From NCBI GenBank assembly GCA_965220745.1, contig CBDCQT010000010.1:128001-192000 (forward strand): a stretch of DNA of 64,000 nucleotides, given 5' to 3'. The notes under the pieces were generated by a model that saw only the letters and a program-made list of their open reading frames with translations, did no database searches and was not told the origin of the DNA. Positions 60,039-64,000 of this stretch are shown here, piece after piece (within the stretch, counting starts at the first letter, position 1; the number at the start of each line of letters is the position of its first letter). The position numbers and the translations under genes were made by a program. This DNA is from Alphaproteobacteria bacterium (GTDB lineage Bacteria; Pseudomonadota; Alphaproteobacteria; UBA828).

Positions 60039-60524
60039 CTAGTCTTCGGCCTTGTTGTAGTCCCAGGTGAGCCAGTCCTGCGGCGTGATGGTGACGATGG
60101 TGCGGCCCTCGGCCATTACCGGGTCCGCGTACTTCTCGGCATCCTCCGGGCCCAGCGCCTTCTTGAGGACCGCGACGGTCACTTCGCGGATCAGCGCGTC
60201 GTCCTGGGAGAGCGTGGCGTTGCCCCGGCACATGATCGCCCAGGCGCCGGCCGCGAGGCCCTGAGCGCCCTCGTCCACGCGGGGGTCGCGGTCGATCAGG
60301 ATCGAGACGCGCGGGTCTTTCGCGAGGTTCTTGAGGTGGATGCGGCCCGCGCCGAGGGTGAGCCGGAAGACCTCGCCGGTCCAGTCGAACCAGATCGGCG
60401 TCAGATGAATCATCCCGTCCTCGCGATAGGTCGCGAGACGCGCCAGCGTGCCTGCCGCCAATCGCTCGTCGATCTCCTGCTTGGAAAGCGCATTCTCAGG
60501 GGTTGCCGTGGTCTTCGAGCTCAT
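60039..60524 (-). CDS. Pyridoxamine-5'-phosphate oxidase family (PPOX-class) protein
   Basis: ARLATYREDG, TPIWF, KNLAKDPRVSILID; SD GGGAG. Confidence 0.8.
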   Translation of the reverse strand: MSSKTTATPENALSKQEIDERLAAGTLARLATYREDGMIHLTPIWFDWTGEVFRLTLGAGRIHLKNLAKDPRVSILIDRDPRVDEGAQGLAAGAWAIMCRGNATLSQDDALIREVTVAVLKKALGPEDAEKYADPVMAEGRTIVTITPQDWLTWDYNKAED

Positions 60525-60692
60525 GGTTTCTCCCGCTGTCGCATGTTGCCGGCGGGCGGACGCCCGGCCGATGATGGGCGGCGATGATAACGGCCGGTCC
60601 GGGCGATCGGAAGGCGCCGCGATCCTTGCCGGCCGCCGGCCGATAGGCGAGGCTCGCGCCGGCCTCTGAAGGGATGGAGGAGAGACACGGGC

Positions 60693-61814
60693 ATGGCATC
60701 GCCGCCGGACCGTCCGCGCGCTGACTACGGCAGCGCAGGCGTCGATACCGATGCCGTCGAGGCCGGGCTCGCAGGGCTGGTGCGGCACGTGCGCGGCACC
60801 CTGCCCACAAATGCCGAAGGCCTCGGCGCCATCAAGAGCATAATGGGCCATTTCGCGAGCGTGATCGATTTCGGCGGCGTGGGCGTCGCGGTCTGCACCG
60901 ACGGGATCGGCACCAAGGCGCTGATCGCGCAGATGACCGGGCGCTACGACACGGTCGGCATCGACTGCGTGGCGATGAACGTCAACGACCTCGTCTGCGT
61001 CGGCGCGCAGCCGGTCACGCTGGTGGACTACATTGCCGTCGAGCGAGCGGAGCCCGCGATGCTCGAAGCCCTGGGCGCGGGCCTCGCCGAAGGCGCGCGG
61101 CGGGCCGGCGTCTCCATCGCGGGCGGAGAGATCGCCGCGATGCGCGACGTGATCAAGGGCGCGGTGCCGGGGGCCGGCTTCGATCTGGCGGCGACGGCCG
61201 TGGGCCGGGTCGCGCTCGACGCGGTCAACACAGGCGCCGCAGTGCAGCCGGGGGACAGCATCGTCGGCATCGCCAGCAGCGGCATCCACAGCAACGGACT
61301 GACGCTCGCCCGGCGGGTCTTTTTCGAGAGCGCAGGCCTCACCGTGGAAGACCGCGCCGAGGGCCTTGGCGAGACCGTGGGCGAGGCGCTGCTCCGCCCC
61401 ACCCACATCTATGTCCGCGAGGCGCTGGACCTGCTGGCTAGCGAGGTGCCGGTGCACGCGCTGGCGCACATCACGGGCGACGGCTTCCTCAACCTGACCC
61501 GCATCGAGGCGAAGGTCGGCATGCGGCTCGATGCGCTGCCCATGCCGCCGCCGGTCTTCGCCGTGCTGCAGCGTCTGGGCGGGATCGAGGACGCGGAAAT
61601 GTACCGGGTCTTTAACATGGGCATCGGCTTCTGCGCCATCGTGCCGCCCGCGCACGAGGCCCGTGCCATCGAGATCCTCTGCGGAGACGGCAAGGCGTGC
61701 CGGCGGATCGGGACGGTGGTGGAGGACGCGCAGGAGCGCGTCTGGATTAAGCAGGCTAGGCTGGTCGGCCGCGCCGGCGAAGGCTTCGTCAGAGAAGACG
61801 CCGCGCCGGCCTAA
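60693..61814 (+). CDS. purM: Phosphoribosylformylglycinamidine cyclo-ligase
   Basis: TDGIGTK, DCVAMNVNDL, SSGIHSNG, HITGDG, FNMGIG. Confidence 0.93.
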   Translation: MASPPDRPRADYGSAGVDTDAVEAGLAGLVRHVRGTLPTNAEGLGAIKSIMGHFASVIDFGGVGVAVCTDGIGTKALIAQMTGRYDTVGIDCVAMNVNDLVCVGAQPVTLVDYIAVERAEPAMLEALGAGLAEGARRAGVSIAGGEIAAMRDVIKGAVPGAGFDLAATAVGRVALDAVNTGAAVQPGDSIVGIASSGIHSNGLTLARRVFFESAGLTVEDRAEGLGETVGEALLRPTHIYVREALDLLASEVPVHALAHITGDGFLNLTRIEAKVGMRLDALPMPPPVFAVLQRLGGIEDAEMYRVFNMGIGFCAIVPPAHEARAIEILCGDGKACRRIGTVVEDAQERVWIKQARLVGRAGEGFVREDAAPA

Positions 61815-61844
61815 TCCGCATTTCTTGGCGCGGTCGCCGCCTGC

Positions 61845-63185
61845 TCACGTGACCGCGTCGGGCGTCCCGGTCCTGTGCGCCACCCAGCTCTCGCCGGCCA
61901 TGATCCCCGCGAGTGCCTCCACCGCATCCCATACATCGACGTAGCGCATGTAGAGGGGCGTGATGCCGAAGCGGAGGATATCCGGGCTGCGGAAGTCGGC
62001 GACGACGCCTGCGGCGCGCAGCGCCTTCGACACGGCGTAGGCTTCCGGGTGCCTGAAGGAGACCTGGCTGCCGCGCTTCTCCGGATCCCGCGGGCTCGCC
62101 AACGTGAACCCATGATGCGCGAGCCGGTCGTCCGCCAGGGCGATCAGCAGTTCGGACAGCGCCCGCGACTTCTGGACGACATCCCCCATCCCCAGGCCGT
62201 CGAAGCACGCGATGCCGTGCATGACGGCGCGGAGTGAGAGGATCGGCGGGGTGCCGACGAGGCACTTCTCGATGCCGTCCGCGGGGCGATAGCGGTCCTC
62301 GAAGCCGAACTGGTTGGCGTGGCTGAACCAGCCGGTCACCACGGGCTCGTGCGTCGCGATGATGTCCTGCGCCATGTAGATGTAGGCTGGCGCCCCCGGC
62401 CCGCCGTTCAGGAACTTGTAGGTGCAGCCGACGGCGTACTCGACGCCCCAGTCGTTGAGCGCCAGTGGCACCGCGCCGGCGGAATGGCTGAGATCCCAGA
62501 TCACGGGAACGCCGTGCGCGTTGCAGTGCGCGGTGATCGCCGCCATGTCGTGGGCCGCACCCGTTCGAAAATTGACGTGGGTGAACAGGACCAGCGCGGT
62601 GTCACCGTCGATCGCGCCGACGATGGTCTCGGGCTCCGCCACCACCAGATCGAACCTCTCGCCGAACAGTTGGACGAGCCCCTCCAGGATGTAGACATCG
62701 GTTGGGAAGTTGCCGCGCTCGGTGACGACGGTACGTCGGCCCTTGCTCTGGCGCAGCAGCGAGGCCGCGAGCTTGAACAGGTTGACGGAGGTGGAGTCCG
62801 CGCAGACGACCTCGCCCTCAGAGGCGCCGATCAGCGGCGCGATAGCGTCGCCGACCTTGCGTGCGAGGAAGAACCAGTCGGCATCGAGCCAACTCTCGAC
62901 GAGGCCGCGGCCCCACTCTTCCTGCACGACGCGGTCGATATCCGCGGCGGCGGTCTTCGGCAGTGCGCCGAGGGAGTTGCCGTTGAAGTAGAGCATCCCC
63001 TCCGGCAGCGAAAACCGCTCGCGGCAGTGGGCGAGCGGGCATGCCCGGTCCAGCCTCTCGCACGCCGCGCGGTCTACGGGACGGGCGCGGCGCCGCTCGG
63101 AAACCTGTGCATCCGTCCGCCCCGGTGGCGGCCCGTTCGAATCCGAAATTGATCTGCTCCACCTGCTCGTCCGTGAGCCCTCCAT
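61845..63185 (-). CDS. kynU: Kynureninase (start uncertain)
   Basis: YFNGNSLG, WDLSHSAG, GCTYKFLNGGPG, RGSQVS. Confidence 0.92.
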   Translation of the reverse strand: MEGSRTSRWSRSISDSNGPPPGRTDAQVSERRRARPVDRAACERLDRACPLAHCRERFSLPEGMLYFNGNSLGALPKTAAADIDRVVQEEWGRGLVESWLDADWFFLARKVGDAIAPLIGASEGEVVCADSTSVNLFKLAASLLRQSKGRRTVVTERGNFPTDVYILEGLVQLFGERFDLVVAEPETIVGAIDGDTALVLFTHVNFRTGAAHDMAAITAHCNAHGVPVIWDLSHSAGAVPLALNDWGVEYAVGCTYKFLNGGPGAPAYIYMAQDIIATHEPVVTGWFSHANQFGFEDRYRPADGIEKCLVGTPPILSLRAVMHGIACFDGLGMGDVVQKSRALSELLIALADDRLAHHGFTLASPRDPEKRGSQVSFRHPEAYAVSKALRAAGVVADFRSPDILRFGITPLYMRYVDVWDAVEALAGIMAGESWVAHRTGTPDAVT

Positions 63186-63294
63186 TGTGGCGGGAACTAT
63201 CACCGCCTCAAGGGACACCAACCCAGTCGGTGCAGTCACGCGGAAACAACGATAGATTCTCTCCGATGAAACCGGCTTCAGACGGCGGCAGACC

Positions 63295-64000
63295 ATGACG
63301 AAACGAAGCGGCCGCCGCGGCGGCGGACGCGCGGCGCGGCGCGCGGAGCGGACCGGCGGCGGTATCGAGCAGCTGCGCTACATCACGCGCGACATCCCCT
63401 CGGTCGGGCTGCTGACCGACGAGGGGCTGGCCCTGATCGAGGAGAACGCGGACACGATCCTGGAGGAGATCGGGATCGACTTTCGCGACGATGCGGAGGC
63501 GCTCGCGCTGTTCAAGGGTGCCGGCGCAGATATCGTGGGCGAGCGGGTGCGCTTTCCGCGCGGGCTGGCGCGCCATCTGGTCTCGACCACGCCCTCCACC
63601 TTCACGCAGCTCGCCCGCAACCCCGAGCGGTCGGTCGAGATGGGCGGCCGCAACACGGTCTTCGCGCCGGTCTACGGCCCGCCCTTCATCTTCGATATCG
63701 AGAAGGGGCGCCGCTACGCCCAGCTCGAGGATTTCCAGAACATCGTCAAGCTCGCCTACATGACGCCGGCGATGCACCACTCCGGCGGCACGGTGTGCGA
63801 GCCGGTGGACGTGCCCGTCAACAAGCGCCACCTCGACATGGTCTACGCGCACATGCGCTATTCCGACAAGCCGTTCATGGGCTCGGTCACGCACCCCGAG
63901 CGCGCGGCGGATTCGGTGGAGATGGCGAAGATTCTCTTTGGTGCCGACGTCATCGACGCCAACCCCGTCATGGTCAGCCTGATCAACGCCAACTCGCCGA
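63295..64000 (+). CDS. Trimethylamine methyltransferase (MttB) family protein, runs off window
   Basis: MTKRSGRRGGGRAARRAER..., FTQLARNPERSV, FAPVYGPPF, HSGGTVCEPVDVP. Confidence 0.85.
   Translation, partial: MTKRSGRRGGGRAARRAERTGGGIEQLRYITRDIPSVGLLTDEGLALIEENADTILEEIGIDFRDDAEALALFKGAGADIVGERVRFPRGLARHLVSTTPSTFTQLARNPERSVEMGGRNTVFAPVYGPPFIFDIEKGRRYAQLEDFQNIVKLAYMTPAMHHSGGTVCEPVDVPVNKRHLDMVYAHMRYSDKPFMGSVTHPERAADSVEMAKILFGADVIDANPVMVSLINANSP

Noticed and set aside
60525-61655. Upstream part of the 538-aa minus ORF
   Set aside because: Antisense shadow of purM; real gene starts at 60524

Overview
High-GC proteobacterial chromosome segment. Host genes lie at both ends. On the left are coxG and an Mrp/Mnh-type cation/H+ antiporter operon with three MrpD paralogues (1-8076). 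On the right are a PPOX-family oxidoreductase, purM, kynU and an MttB-family methyltransferase (60039-64000). Between them is a ~51.7-kb genomic island (8285-59983) bounded by the direct repeat GCGGAGCGAGCG and carrying a P4-like tyrosine integrase. Its backbone looks like a mobilisable integrative element: MOBF relaxase-helicase, candidate oriT, leading region with a long ssDNA hairpin, SLOG protein, primase and SSB, then an S24 repressor, VirD4 and AlpA, with no VirB genes. It is heavily invaded by other elements: two IS21 copies, IS66, IS1634, IS1380, IS630, IS1595 remnants, MITEs and an ORF-less group II intron. Cargo includes a probable type II R-M pair, ParDE, a minimal tyrosinase-like protein and small secreted Cys-rich peptides. 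The best finding is a 2.6-kb serine-recombinase element inside the IS66 transposase gene. Its excision would restore tnpC and also join an SD/ATG at one end in frame to a start-less ORF at the other end, turning a TGA into TCA. That gene could be made full-length only from the excised circle. Family assignments come from motif recognition by eye; no database searches were run.
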